A stretch of DNA of 33,874 nucleotides, taken from positions 1-33,874 of IMG/VR virus record IMGVR_UViG_3300020045_014472; one strand, 5' to 3'. This document shows positions 1-8,177 of the stretch, one piece after another. A program made the position numbers and the translations under genes. The notes under the pieces were generated by a model that was given only the letters and a program-made list of their open reading frames with translations, was not told the origin of the DNA and made no database searches. Numbering within the stretch: position 1 is the stretch's first letter; every line of letters starts with the position of its first letter. The stretch is from a virus (lineage: Duplodnaviria > Caudoviricetes).

Positions 1-121
1 AGTTTGAAGATTTCGCTAAGAAAACTTCCTGTTAGTTTTTCAGACATAGATTACAATTTTTTGTTTTACGATTTATACCATGTAAGCATGGAATACATTT
101 TTGTTTTCACGCAGTTCATTC
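1..121. repeat. Direct repeat copy 1 (121 bp, identical to 972-1092)
   Basis: agtttgaagatttcgc...cacgcagttcattc is read base-for-base at both 1-121 and 972-1092. The copies diverge at 122 (t) vs 1093 (a). Confidence 0.95.
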
Positions 122-1018
122 TCTAACATCAGTCATACTGGCCATACCGAATTTCTCAAAAGAAAATATATCAAGATCACGGTTCTGAACCTGCAAATCT
201 GCAAGAGCCTTATCAATCTTAATCATTTTCTCCCGTGGGATGTCTCCCCATTTTACTTCATTATATGTAGTCCCTGTCCAAATCTGGGTATACTTGTCGA
301 ACGCTTCTTTTTTTGACCCTTCTAACTGTATATGTAATACATTATAACCAAGACGTGCAGCGAACATACCAGTATGTTTTAACGCTGTCGATTTACCAAC
401 CCCTGAACGCATAATCCATAATGCAATGTCGGTCTTATCCATACCTCCATCAGTTACATTGTCGATTATGTCAATTCCGAATGGAACCTTTTCATGAACC
501 TGTTCCCCTGAATCTTTATCTGTTTGTCTTTCTTTTAACTGTTGTTTAAAATCGGCAAATACTTTAAGGAATTGCCCATGTGAACTTTTTAATGAAAAAC
601 TTTGTATTTCTTCAGCACCTTCAGTGAAAATCTTTAATGCCTCTTCTTTTTTACCTTCATTGTACTTACTTACAGAATCATCCAAAACCAATTGTAATTT
701 TGAATCTCTAATAAATTCAAAAAGCTGCTTCAATGCAAGTTCTGAATCTATTATCCCAGATGATTTTATGTTTGATAATGTGGTTTGGACTTCCGAATTT
801 GTTGAGAACTGTTGGGAGACTATACCGAAGGAAGGTAGCTTACCACCGGACAGGTCATATTGGTTTAAAATACTTTGCAGAATCAACTTATAAGATTTGA
901 GTTCTACAGGAATATATTGAAATTTCAGGTGGTCCCGACAAATTTCAATGAAAGAATTCTTTACAAAGCACAGTTTGAAGATTTCGCTAAGAAAACTTCC
1001 TGTTAGTTTTTCAGACAT
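116..1018 (-). CDS. DnaB-like (SF4) replicative helicase, C-terminally truncated at the repeat junction
   Basis: VPFGIDIIDNVTDGG precedes a Walker A-like MRSGVGKST, followed by an H1a-like GYNVLHIQLEG. The ORF stops before the Walker B/H2-H4 motifs, exactly where the duplicated sequence begins. Confidence 0.8.
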   Translation of the reverse strand: MSEKLTGSFLSEIFKLCFVKNSFIEICRDHLKFQYIPVELKSYKLILQSILNQYDLSGGKLPSFGIVSQQFSTNSEVQTTLSNIKSSGIIDSELALKQLFEFIRDSKLQLVLDDSVSKYNEGKKEEALKIFTEGAEEIQSFSLKSSHGQFLKVFADFKQQLKERQTDKDSGEQVHEKVPFGIDIIDNVTDGGMDKTDIALWIMRSGVGKSTALKHTGMFAARLGYNVLHIQLEGSKKEAFDKYTQIWTGTTYNEVKWGDIPREKMIKIDKALADLQVQNRDLDIFSFEKFGMASMTDVRE

Positions 1019-1092
1019 AGATTACAATTTTTTGTTTTACGATTTATACCATGTAAGCATGGAATACATTTTTGTTTTCACGCAGTTCATTC
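972..1092. repeat. Direct repeat copy 2 (native context: terminase 3' end, intergenic spacer, helicase 5' end)
   Basis: Identical to 1-121. Here it is in frame with both flanking genes. Confidence 0.95.
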
Positions 1093-2708
1093 ACTACCAT
1101 AAATATTGACATAGGAGCATCATCATGTTCTCCGACGCTTTCTAATTTACCATTATCTTCATTAAAAGATACGCTATTAAATTCCCCGCACACCCAATTT
1201 GCTGTATCCCTTGTTTTACCTTCTTTATACGGAATTTTCATCTGACCTCTTTCAAATATTGCAGACAGGGAAGGTAACCCCAAATATAGATCTTTTTTAT
1301 TACCGGCTGTCGTTGTGAATGTCTCAATATTCTTAACTCCACGCTGCCGTACCAAATCAATTAAAATTGACTGAAATCCATTAGATTCAGCAGTTATCTT
1401 ATTTGGTTTGAATCTTTGATTTAAAGAAACAATAGTACTTACCTGTTCATTATGCGACGCTCCATGTAATTTTGTAACATGGATCAAATGATAATTATCC
1501 GCTGCGTCTATACCTACAACCGAAAAAACTGAATTATCAGCACCAATTGCACCGGATATTGCAAAGTCACAACCTATACCAACTTTCACCATTTTGAATG
1601 GGTAGGATTCAATGTTTTCCACGAAATCTACCATTTCCATATTGATGAACGCTTTCTCAAGATATTCCCAAGGGAATAATGATGAACTATCAGATACCGG
1701 ACACACCAAATGTTCCCTAGCAAATACTATACTCCCTAATGACTGTTTTAAGGTCATCAAATGTTTGAATGTATAACGGTCAGGAGCAAGGATTGTACCG
1801 TCGGGGAAGATCCCTGGATATTCAAATACGGCAAAGGAATCATCGTTCTTCAACTCATTATATAAGTCCTTTTCATGGAATGGTGTTCCTGACACAATTA
1901 AGTGCCCTTCTGGCTCAACGATTGAGATAATTTCTGCAAAGAACACTTCCGAAAATTTACTACGCTGTTCTTTTGAATACAGAGCTGATTTATCCAAGAA
2001 GTCATCGACTACGCATGCTCCAATGTGGTTACCACGAATACCTGATGACCCAAAAGTCCTTAATTTTAGTAAAGACCCTGTTTCAGAAATTACCCCCTCT
2101 TTATTTAACTCTGCTTTACCGGTTGGGTTAATCTTTTCAGCTAGGATGTCATTGTACTTTATCTCCTCAACTATCTTACTCATGTGGTTCTTACCCAGAG
2201 AAGATTCATTTGTGATAATCATTGTTTCCTTCCGGTTACGATTATCAATAGTATCCTTTGTATAAAAGTTTGGCCTATTAAATGAATACAATCTCCATAA
2301 CGGGAAGGCATAACAGAATTCATAGCTCTTCCCTGATCCACGCTCACATAAGTATGCAGATTTTGGGAACATCTGGATTTGGTTTCCCCATTCAAGATTC
2401 CTCGAACCCTGATTGAAATTCTGAAGACAAGTCGTTTTGAAATAATTGTAACTAATGATCTTCAACTGTTCATCCATGCTTACTTCAAGATTGGACAGGA
2501 ATCCTAATTTTTCACTATCTATCGAAGTTTCATTGTAATTTACAATATTTGATGTCTGTAAAATTATTTCAGTAAACAAATGTTCTACATCATTTTCATA
2601 CCCTGAAAGCAATTCTTGTAATGCCTTAGGGGATAAATTTCTGATGATTTCTTCAGCGTAATGTATAGTATTATTTAATTGCTTGCCACTAAGAGCATTT
2701 ATATCCAT
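1044..2708 (-). CDS. terL: Terminase large subunit
   Basis: Walker A ERGSGKS, Walker B CVVDD after RG, coupling motif GTP, FAREH linker, and an RNase H-like nuclease domain with GCDFA...ADNS, AESNGFQ and HDD. Confidence 0.92.
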   Translation of the reverse strand: MDINALSGKQLNNTIHYAEEIIRNLSPKALQELLSGYENDVEHLFTEIILQTSNIVNYNETSIDSEKLGFLSNLEVSMDEQLKIISYNYFKTTCLQNFNQGSRNLEWGNQIQMFPKSAYLCERGSGKSYEFCYAFPLWRLYSFNRPNFYTKDTIDNRNRKETMIITNESSLGKNHMSKIVEEIKYNDILAEKINPTGKAELNKEGVISETGSLLKLRTFGSSGIRGNHIGACVVDDFLDKSALYSKEQRSKFSEVFFAEIISIVEPEGHLIVSGTPFHEKDLYNELKNDDSFAVFEYPGIFPDGTILAPDRYTFKHLMTLKQSLGSIVFAREHLVCPVSDSSSLFPWEYLEKAFINMEMVDFVENIESYPFKMVKVGIGCDFAISGAIGADNSVFSVVGIDAADNYHLIHVTKLHGASHNEQVSTIVSLNQRFKPNKITAESNGFQSILIDLVRQRGVKNIETFTTTAGNKKDLYLGLPSLSAIFERGQMKIPYKEGKTRDTANWVCGEFNSVSFNEDNGKLESVGEHDDAPMSIFMVVNELRENKNVFHAYMV

Positions 2709-2710
2709 CT

Positions 2711-3343
2711 TTAAAATTCAAATTTATCCCTAAACTTTTTCTTTTCAACTTTGGTTTCCCCTGATTTAATGCCTTCACCCTTTAACCCTCTAAGGAATAT
2801 TTTTACCAATTCTTTTGTGGCTCTGGTGTCCGACATAGCCCTGTGGGCATCAGTCAAGTCAACTCCATTTTCAGAACATAATGTCCCTAGCTTGAAATTA
2901 GGTAATTCTTTATGTTTCACCCTCCCCCACCACAGGGTGTCAATTGTAAAATCAACATTCACAACATCTGATAGATCTTTACCAAAGAATGTAAGGAAAT
3001 TATCAACGAATGGAATATCGAATTTATCTGAATTCTGCCCAACCAAAACAACCTTGTTACTGCCTTTTTTGAATGATTTCAGGTAATTGAAGAATTCTTC
3101 GGCACACACTTTAGGATCCTTACCCTTCGAAATCTGGCTCATAGTTATTCCATTTGCTTCCAAGGCTTTTGGATGTATTTCACGATTATCGTAAACCGAC
3201 AAAATTCCTGAATCGTATTCTTTACCGTCAACTAAATCATGGTCAAATGAACAGGCTGCAATTTCAATTATTGCGTTCTTTTCTTTATCGAGACCTGTAG
3301 TCTCAATATCAAATACGATATATGTTTTAATTGGACTATCCAT
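2711..3343 (-). CDS. DEDDh 3'-5' exonuclease (DnaQ/epsilon-like)
   Basis: ExoI VFDIETTG, ExoII VGQN..FDIPF and ExoIII HRAMSD motifs. Confidence 0.92.
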   Translation of the reverse strand: MDSPIKTYIVFDIETTGLDKEKNAIIEIAACSFDHDLVDGKEYDSGILSVYDNREIHPKALEANGITMSQISKGKDPKVCAEEFFNYLKSFKKGSNKVVLVGQNSDKFDIPFVDNFLTFFGKDLSDVVNVDFTIDTLWWGRVKHKELPNFKLGTLCSENGVDLTDAHRAMSDTRATKELVKIFLRGLKGEGIKSGETKVEKKKFRDKFEF

Positions 3344-3567
3344 TATTTTACAATATTATAGATTTTTACGCCTTCAATTTTTTTATCCAATTCAATTAAA
3401 TTTCCTCCCATGTATTCGGGCATATGTCCGTTACGGATATAGCTCTGAACGTCTCCAAGAGTAAATATAGTCCCATTAACCTTTTTGAATGTTTCATTCT
3501 CAAGGCTATTCAACCACCTGACCATCGTGGTAAGTGTCTTTCCTTTAACTACAAATTCCTTATTCAT
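3343..3567 (-). CDS. Hypothetical protein (74 aa)
   Basis: Overlaps both neighbours on the coding strand. Confidence 0.75.
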   Translation of the reverse strand: MNKEFVVKGKTLTTMVRWLNSLENETFKKVNGTIFTLGDVQSYIRNGHMPEYMGGNLIELDKKIEGVKIYNIVK

Positions 3568-4144
3568 TTTCTTCTAAATTTATTGTATCAAATCCCCTTC
3601 CTTTTAAGAAATCTGACAATCCTTTCAATACAACGTTACGATCCTCTTCAGTGTTAAATTCCACCCTTTCATTTGCATAAGGTGGAACACTTTTTAACGG
3701 CATGCTATCTGGGACAGGGTTCAAAATAATCCCATATACATAGTCTGCTTTTGCTTCATCAAATTTTTCAAAAGTTTTTAACCCTCTAAAATCATATTGG
3801 TGAAACATGAATTCTTTTATCTTAAAATAAACCGGAGAAAATAATTTTGTTTCTTCGTCTTCTTCGTCTCCGACTATTTGGTTAGCCAATTTATTTGCCA
3901 ACTTTTTTATCCCCCATGTTGGATTGTCGATGTTCCACTGAAGGAGCCTGTCTCTTATTTCTTCGTCTTTTAATTCTTTGTAAGAATCTAATATTTGAAG
4001 AATTTCAGTTAGCCCAACCTTTTTTAAAATTTGCCCAAGTTCTATAACGATTTCACAATCTGCTTTAGAAATAGGATTAATCAAGAAGTCACGGCCTTTA
4101 AGTTTGTCAAACCGTTCTGATGCACTATTTAGGAATTTATTCAT
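3560..4144 (-). CDS. Hypothetical protein (194 aa)
   Basis: Long ORF with an ATGA overlap with the upstream gene. Confidence 0.8.
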   Translation of the reverse strand: MNKFLNSASERFDKLKGRDFLINPISKADCEIVIELGQILKKVGLTEILQILDSYKELKDEEIRDRLLQWNIDNPTWGIKKLANKLANQIVGDEEDEETKLFSPVYFKIKEFMFHQYDFRGLKTFEKFDEAKADYVYGIILNPVPDSMPLKSVPPYANERVEFNTEEDRNVVLKGLSDFLKGRGFDTINLEENE

Positions 4145-4476
4145 AAAAAAAGTGCTTTATAGATTTCGTCTAAAAATTTACCAGCTATAACTCGTTTTAC
4201 ATTGTCCTGCATAAGTCTTGCTCTAAAAACGTCTTTGTCTTCTTCTACTTCAAGTCGTATCACTTCACCATTCAGTTTGAACATTATACATAAAATCTTA
4301 CCATTCGTCACCCCAAGTCTTGCTGATGCAATCTCAGTGTACTTAACGTCAACTAATATATTGTCCCGTAACTCTTCCACCCCTATTGTTTCAAAGGTTT
4401 CTTTAAGTTCTTTGTACTTCTTCAATTTAGCTAACTCTTCTTCTTTGGCTGCTATTTCTTCGTCTATCTTTTTCAT
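4141..4476 (-). CDS. Hypothetical protein (111 aa, N-terminal coiled coil)
   Basis: E/K-rich N-terminus; preceded by a candidate promoter. Confidence 0.75.
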   Translation of the reverse strand: MKKIDEEIAAKEEELAKLKKYKELKETFETIGVEELRDNILVDVKYTEIASARLGVTNGKILCIMFKLNGEVIRLEVEEDKDVFRARLMQDNVKRVIAGKFLDEIYKALFL

Positions 4477-4494
4477 TCTCTCTTATTTTGAGGC

Positions 4495-4507
4495 TTCAAA
4501 TATAAAA
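4495..4507 (-). promoter_or_regulatory. Candidate Bacteroidota sigma70-type -7 element (TTTTATATTTGAA)
   Basis: Contains TATATTTG, matching TAnnTTTG. The same 13-mer occurs at 7535-7547, and both sites are intergenic and upstream of genes. Confidence 0.6.
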
Positions 4508-4530
4508 AATATATTTATATAAAAAGTATA

Positions 4531-4740
4531 TTAATTGATAATAGAAACATTTTTAGCTAAAGATTCCTCATACAGAACTCTTGTTTCAAAAGAAATATCT
4601 GGGAAATCCTTTTCGAATAATTTCTCAAAGTTGTTTATCAGCTTATCACACTTTACGGTCTGAATACTTGTCGTGCAGCTATTGATACACTTTACGATTT
4701 TGTGGAAGGCTTTATCCTTCTCTTCTTTGGTTTTTCTCAT
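4531..4740 (-). CDS. Hypothetical protein (69 aa)
   Basis: Fills the gap on the coding strand and overlaps the HNH gene end. Confidence 0.6.
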   Translation of the reverse strand: MRKTKEEKDKAFHKIVKCINSCTTSIQTVKCDKLINNFEKLFEKDFPDISFETRVLYEESLAKNVSIIN

Positions 4741-5278
4741 CTCTTAAGGTTTGAACGGTTTCTTGATTCTTTGTATAAATTTTCATTTCCACCCTATCTC
4801 CAAATTCCCAAGTATGGTGACATTTTAGACATAATCTATTGAAATTTCTGGGATCATTCCTGAACTCAGGGTAGGCAGCTTTGGTTAGAATATGGCTGTA
4901 CTGGAATCTTGCAACAACTTTCCCATCATCATCTCTAAAAATATTTGGCAATTCGCATCCACATTCTTCGCATTCATTTGGATTTAATGCGAACACCTGT
5001 TCATAGGTTTCTTCGTCCTTTTTTATTTGTTCTTGTCTCTTTTCAAGATTTGCTTTTTTCAAAGAACCTTTACCCTTTGATTTTATCTTAAAGACTGTTG
5101 TTGGTGTAAATCTTTGAGGCCAAGGTTTATCTTTACCTCTCAACTTTTCTAAATGAACTTCAAGCTGGTTTAATCCCCCATGATTATTCTTGAAAGTGCA
5201 TTCAGGGCAAATTCCTTTTGAATTTACCGGCCTTGGATGACCACATTGTTTACAAGTTTCAACTCTCATCTGTATCAT
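4712..5278 (-). CDS. HNH-type (beta-beta-alpha-Me) nuclease with an extra N-terminal Zn-ribbon
   Basis: CKQC...CPEC at the N-terminus; CEECG...YSHILTK...PRNFNRLCLKCH at the C-terminus. Start moved to ATG 5278, which gives an ATGA overlap with the upstream stop. Confidence 0.7.
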   Translation of the reverse strand: MIQMRVETCKQCGHPRPVNSKGICPECTFKNNHGGLNQLEVHLEKLRGKDKPWPQRFTPTTVFKIKSKGKGSLKKANLEKRQEQIKKDEETYEQVFALNPNECEECGCELPNIFRDDDGKVVARFQYSHILTKAAYPEFRNDPRNFNRLCLKCHHTWEFGDRVEMKIYTKNQETVQTLRDEKNQRREG

Positions 5279-5487
5279 TCGAAATCCCCTTCTCCAATTA
5301 CCCAGTAAGATTCTTTCCTTATTATTAACGGACAATATTTGTCTGTATCTCTAAGTATAAAATAGTCGGAACCTACAAATTCTATAATCCCTTCATTGCC
5401 GATATGGTCTAATGAAGTTGCTCCGTGGAGATAACAGTCTTTGGTCGTGTCCCCAACTTTTGGAATAAATATAAATTCTTTACTCAT
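5275..5487 (-). CDS. Hypothetical protein (70 aa)
   Basis: ATGA overlaps at both ends. Confidence 0.7.
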   Translation of the reverse strand: MSKEFIFIPKVGDTTKDCYLHGATSLDHIGNEGIIEFVGSDYFILRDTDKYCPLIIRKESYWVIGEGDFE

Positions 5488-5822
5488 TTCTTCTTGGTTT
5501 TACGTTCACGTGCCCTTCGTTCTCTTCTTGATTCAGGCTTCGAAAATAATTGTGGTATAGTTGGGACTATTAACTGCCTACTGAAATCAGGTTTGAATTC
5601 TTGCTTAAACATTGGCAAGTCTCTTTCATTCTCAAACGGAATAACTTTGAACCCCTGTTCATCTGCCATTCTTTGTGCAAATTCAACATGATCTGAATCT
5701 TTCATCCCTGCTCCTACAATTATAATCCCTCTCCCTTTTTCAATATGATCATCTATAATTAAATGATTCAAATGAAATCCCATTAGGTCACAACCTCCCC
5801 CAATAATTCCTATCTTTTTCAT
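5484..5822 (-). CDS. Hypothetical protein (112 aa)
   Basis: ATGA overlaps at both ends. Has two Gly-rich strand motifs (KIGIIGGG, IIIVGAG) and a basic tail (SRRERRARERK). Confidence 0.7.
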   Translation of the reverse strand: MKKIGIIGGGCDLMGFHLNHLIIDDHIEKGRGIIIVGAGMKDSDHVEFAQRMADEQGFKVIPFENERDLPMFKQEFKPDFSRQLIVPTIPQLFSKPESRRERRARERKTKKK

Positions 5823-6052
5823 TTCTTTAATTGTTTAATGTGTTCAATGATATCGCTTCTTTTGTATCCAGGTTTAGTAGGATGTTCGATGTGCTGTTCA
5901 AGAACCTCAATTTGCCACTTCTTCTTTAATTCCATGAGATTATTTTCCACTCCCAAAATCTTTCCAGTTACACGTTTCCAATCTTCTCTAAATTTTTCAA
6001 TGCCAAACCCTTTAGGGAGTTTGTCTAATTTTATTTCATTTATTTTCGACAT
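5819..6052 (-). CDS. Hypothetical protein (77 aa)
   Basis: Tightly packed ORF on the coding strand. Confidence 0.7.
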   Translation of the reverse strand: MSKINEIKLDKLPKGFGIEKFREDWKRVTGKILGVENNLMELKKKWQIEVLEQHIEHPTKPGYKRSDIIEHIKQLKK

Positions 6053-6055
6053 AGC

Positions 6056-6307
6056 TTAATAAATTAAATTTCTTGATTCAGCAAATAACATATTAACAGG
6101 AATTTTACCCTCTGAGAACATAATATTTTGACTTGAATATTTCAAATCTTTTGACATTATCTTTCTTCCTAATCTTTGCTCAATGCATTCAGGGCAAAGA
6201 ATTTCTTTCTTTTCCGCTATAGCCAACCAAAGATCTTCTTTTATCATCACCATGTTAGCTTTATTAACGGCTATTACTGCACCACAAGTTTCACAGATAC
6301 ACGACAT
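6056..6307 (-). CDS. Small Zn-finger-like hypothetical protein
   Basis: CETC...LW...LCPECIEQRLGR. Confidence 0.7.
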   Translation of the reverse strand: MSCICETCGAVIAVNKANMVMIKEDLWLAIAEKKEILCPECIEQRLGRKIMSKDLKYSSQNIMFSEGKIPVNMLFAESRNLIY

Positions 6308-6792
6308 AATTCTTTATTTTTGCAGAACATACATATTTTATTTTTATAACTAAATAAACCATTTTCGTAACAGTGAATCAATTGCCTTTCTAAGTCCTTA
6401 AACCGTGCTCTTTCCCTGTCCTTGTGACTTTTACCTTGCGGACAAGAAAGAGCCTTATTCAGAGGATTTCTTAATTCAAATCTCGTTTTAAAGGCTTCTC
6501 CCCAATATTTTTCTTCGTTTGGGGCACTGATATACTTTTTGAATGCTTTATCCCCGATAACCCAACCCAACATTATCCGGCCTTTCCCGAACCTAGTTTT
6601 TAAATCAACATACCTTGAGAACTGGAAACACATGAAATCGAACAACCAATCATCACCGTGGGAAAGTCCAAGATTCTTAACAAAGTTTTCAATTATCTTC
6701 AGTTCCCGCTCTTTTGGTTTGAATTCAAAATTACGGTTACCTGAAGTTGCGGAATACAGGTATTCGTATACCTGTTTTACTTTTTCGATCAT
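6274..6792 (-). CDS. Hypothetical protein with C-terminal Cys cluster
   Basis: Start moved to ATG 6792 (ATGA overlap with the upstream stop). C-terminal C...CMFC....C. Confidence 0.75.
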   Translation of the reverse strand: MIEKVKQVYEYLYSATSGNRNFEFKPKERELKIIENFVKNLGLSHGDDWLFDFMCFQFSRYVDLKTRFGKGRIMLGWVIGDKAFKKYISAPNEEKYWGEAFKTRFELRNPLNKALSCPQGKSHKDRERARFKDLERQLIHCYENGLFSYKNKICMFCKNKELCRVSVKLVVQ

Positions 6793-7496
6793 TTGATCAA
6801 GTATCTGTAATGTGGACGTTGTATCGGACCAGAAGCTATAATTGTCCAAGCCTTTACATAAGTTTCAGAATTTGTCATTGTTAGGTCTAAGTTGACCCCA
6901 ATCCGGCTTGAATGAATTTTGGTGTCCACTGGTAACATTTTTTTGATAATCAGCCGACGGCTAATGTTTTCAAGGTTTGAAAGATAATGTTGTTCAGAAT
7001 CATACAAAGCTCTTTTGGTAAAAGAAACAACATCAAAAATATACGGTGCAGAATTGTAATAGAATTTCTGCTCATTGTAATAAACCTTCTTTTCGACCGC
7101 TGTCATGGAACGTATACCATCCATATTTACTTTGCCATATTTTTCACTATAACGGTTCTTTCTGTTTATGTTTCTTTCTACCTGTTCCCCAGCCCACTTT
7201 TCAGTCCATCTTAAGTATTCTTCCTTCATGTCTGAAGTATTTGCCAATAAAATTTCCATCCATTCACCAACACCTTCTGAATATTTACGAGGAGCTATTT
7301 TCAAGGCTTCTTTCCTTGTCTTGTTCATCTCAACGCAAAATTTGTGTATTTTAGCCTGAGAGATAATACCTTCAAGTTTTTTCTTTGTGTGGTATTCCGC
7401 ACGCCAATTGTCATTGTAATGAGTATAAGTTTCAGCATAAACTGATTCCAATTGTAAGAACAATTCTCCGGTAAGTTTTAATTCTGTTGCGGTCAT
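6789..7496 (-). CDS. Hypothetical protein (235 aa), first gene after the terminator/promoter
   Basis: Long ORF ending TIIASGPIQRPHYRYLIK. Confidence 0.8.
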   Translation of the reverse strand: MTATELKLTGELFLQLESVYAETYTHYNDNWRAEYHTKKKLEGIISQAKIHKFCVEMNKTRKEALKIAPRKYSEGVGEWMEILLANTSDMKEEYLRWTEKWAGEQVERNINRKNRYSEKYGKVNMDGIRSMTAVEKKVYYNEQKFYYNSAPYIFDVVSFTKRALYDSEQHYLSNLENISRRLIIKKMLPVDTKIHSSRIGVNLDLTMTNSETYVKAWTIIASGPIQRPHYRYLIK

Positions 7497-7534
7497 GATA
7501 TAAGGGTTTTTTAAATGTTACGATTTAAATTCTA

Positions 7535-7567
7535 TTCAAATATAAAACTTATAATTGGAACGGCAAT
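7535..7567 (-). promoter_or_regulatory. Candidate Bacteroidota sigma70-type promoter (-7 TATATTTG, -33 TTG)
   Basis: TATATTTG at 7544-7537, with ATTG at 7567-7564 lying 19 nt upstream. Confidence 0.6.
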
Positions 7568-7592
7568 AAAAAAGGCAAAATAAATTGCCTTT
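7568..7592 (-). terminator. Intrinsic terminator closing the structural operon
   Basis: Minus strand reads AAAGGCAA-TTTATT-TTGCCTTT followed by TTT, 15 nt after the stop at 7608. Confidence 0.65.
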
Positions 7593-7607
7593 CTTATAAA
7601 AATAATT

Positions 7608-8174
7608 TTAATTCCAACTAACCCCTATAAAAATTTCGTCTTCTTTCCCCAACGGTATTTCCCGAACTCTTCCTCCATGGTCTGGGTCATTCTCCCAAAT
7701 ATTACTTTGGTCTTCTTTAATAATGTCTAACAATAGTGAACGTTCAATCCAAATACCAACCTGTTCATTAATTGCTAAATCCCCAATTAACACTTTAGCT
7801 GCTGAGCCGTTAGCTTCGAAGAATTCTGCATTCAATGGCTTTTCATTAATGTTTGAAACATGCTCCATCTGCAAAAAGTTATTTGAGTCAAGAGCCATGT
7901 CAACTGCAGCCACTTTCATGTTTGAATAACACTTAGCTGGGAATTCAAACCAAAATTCAACATTCGTCCTTGCTACCCCTGTTTCATTCTTAAGAACCAA
8001 GCCAATATACTGGTTCTGGCTGTAATTAGTAATTGTCATATTAGATATGTCAGGGAACAAATTCCCGTTCTTACTATTTACAACTCTGGATGATGATTTA
8101 AATCCACCCAATGATAAAGCTGGGACTAATTGTTCTTCCTCATTTCCGGTAATTACTGTGTGATATAGATACAT
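7608..8174 (-). CDS. Putative virion structural protein (188 aa)
   Basis: Last gene of the baseplate cluster; beta-rich, with SLGG..SS and GIWIERS motifs. Confidence 0.65.
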   Translation of the reverse strand: MYLYHTVITGNEEEQLVPALSLGGFKSSSRVVNSKNGNLFPDISNMTITNYSQNQYIGLVLKNETGVARTNVEFWFEFPAKCYSNMKVAAVDMALDSNNFLQMEHVSNINEKPLNAEFFEANGSAAKVLIGDLAINEQVGIWIERSLLLDIIKEDQSNIWENDPDHGGRVREIPLGKEDEIFIGVSWN

Positions 8175-8177
8175 AAT

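Noticed and set aside
1-121. Phage terminal repeat or att site
   Set aside because: The second copy is only 971 bp away, spans gene ends and breaks an essential gene; no integrase is present.
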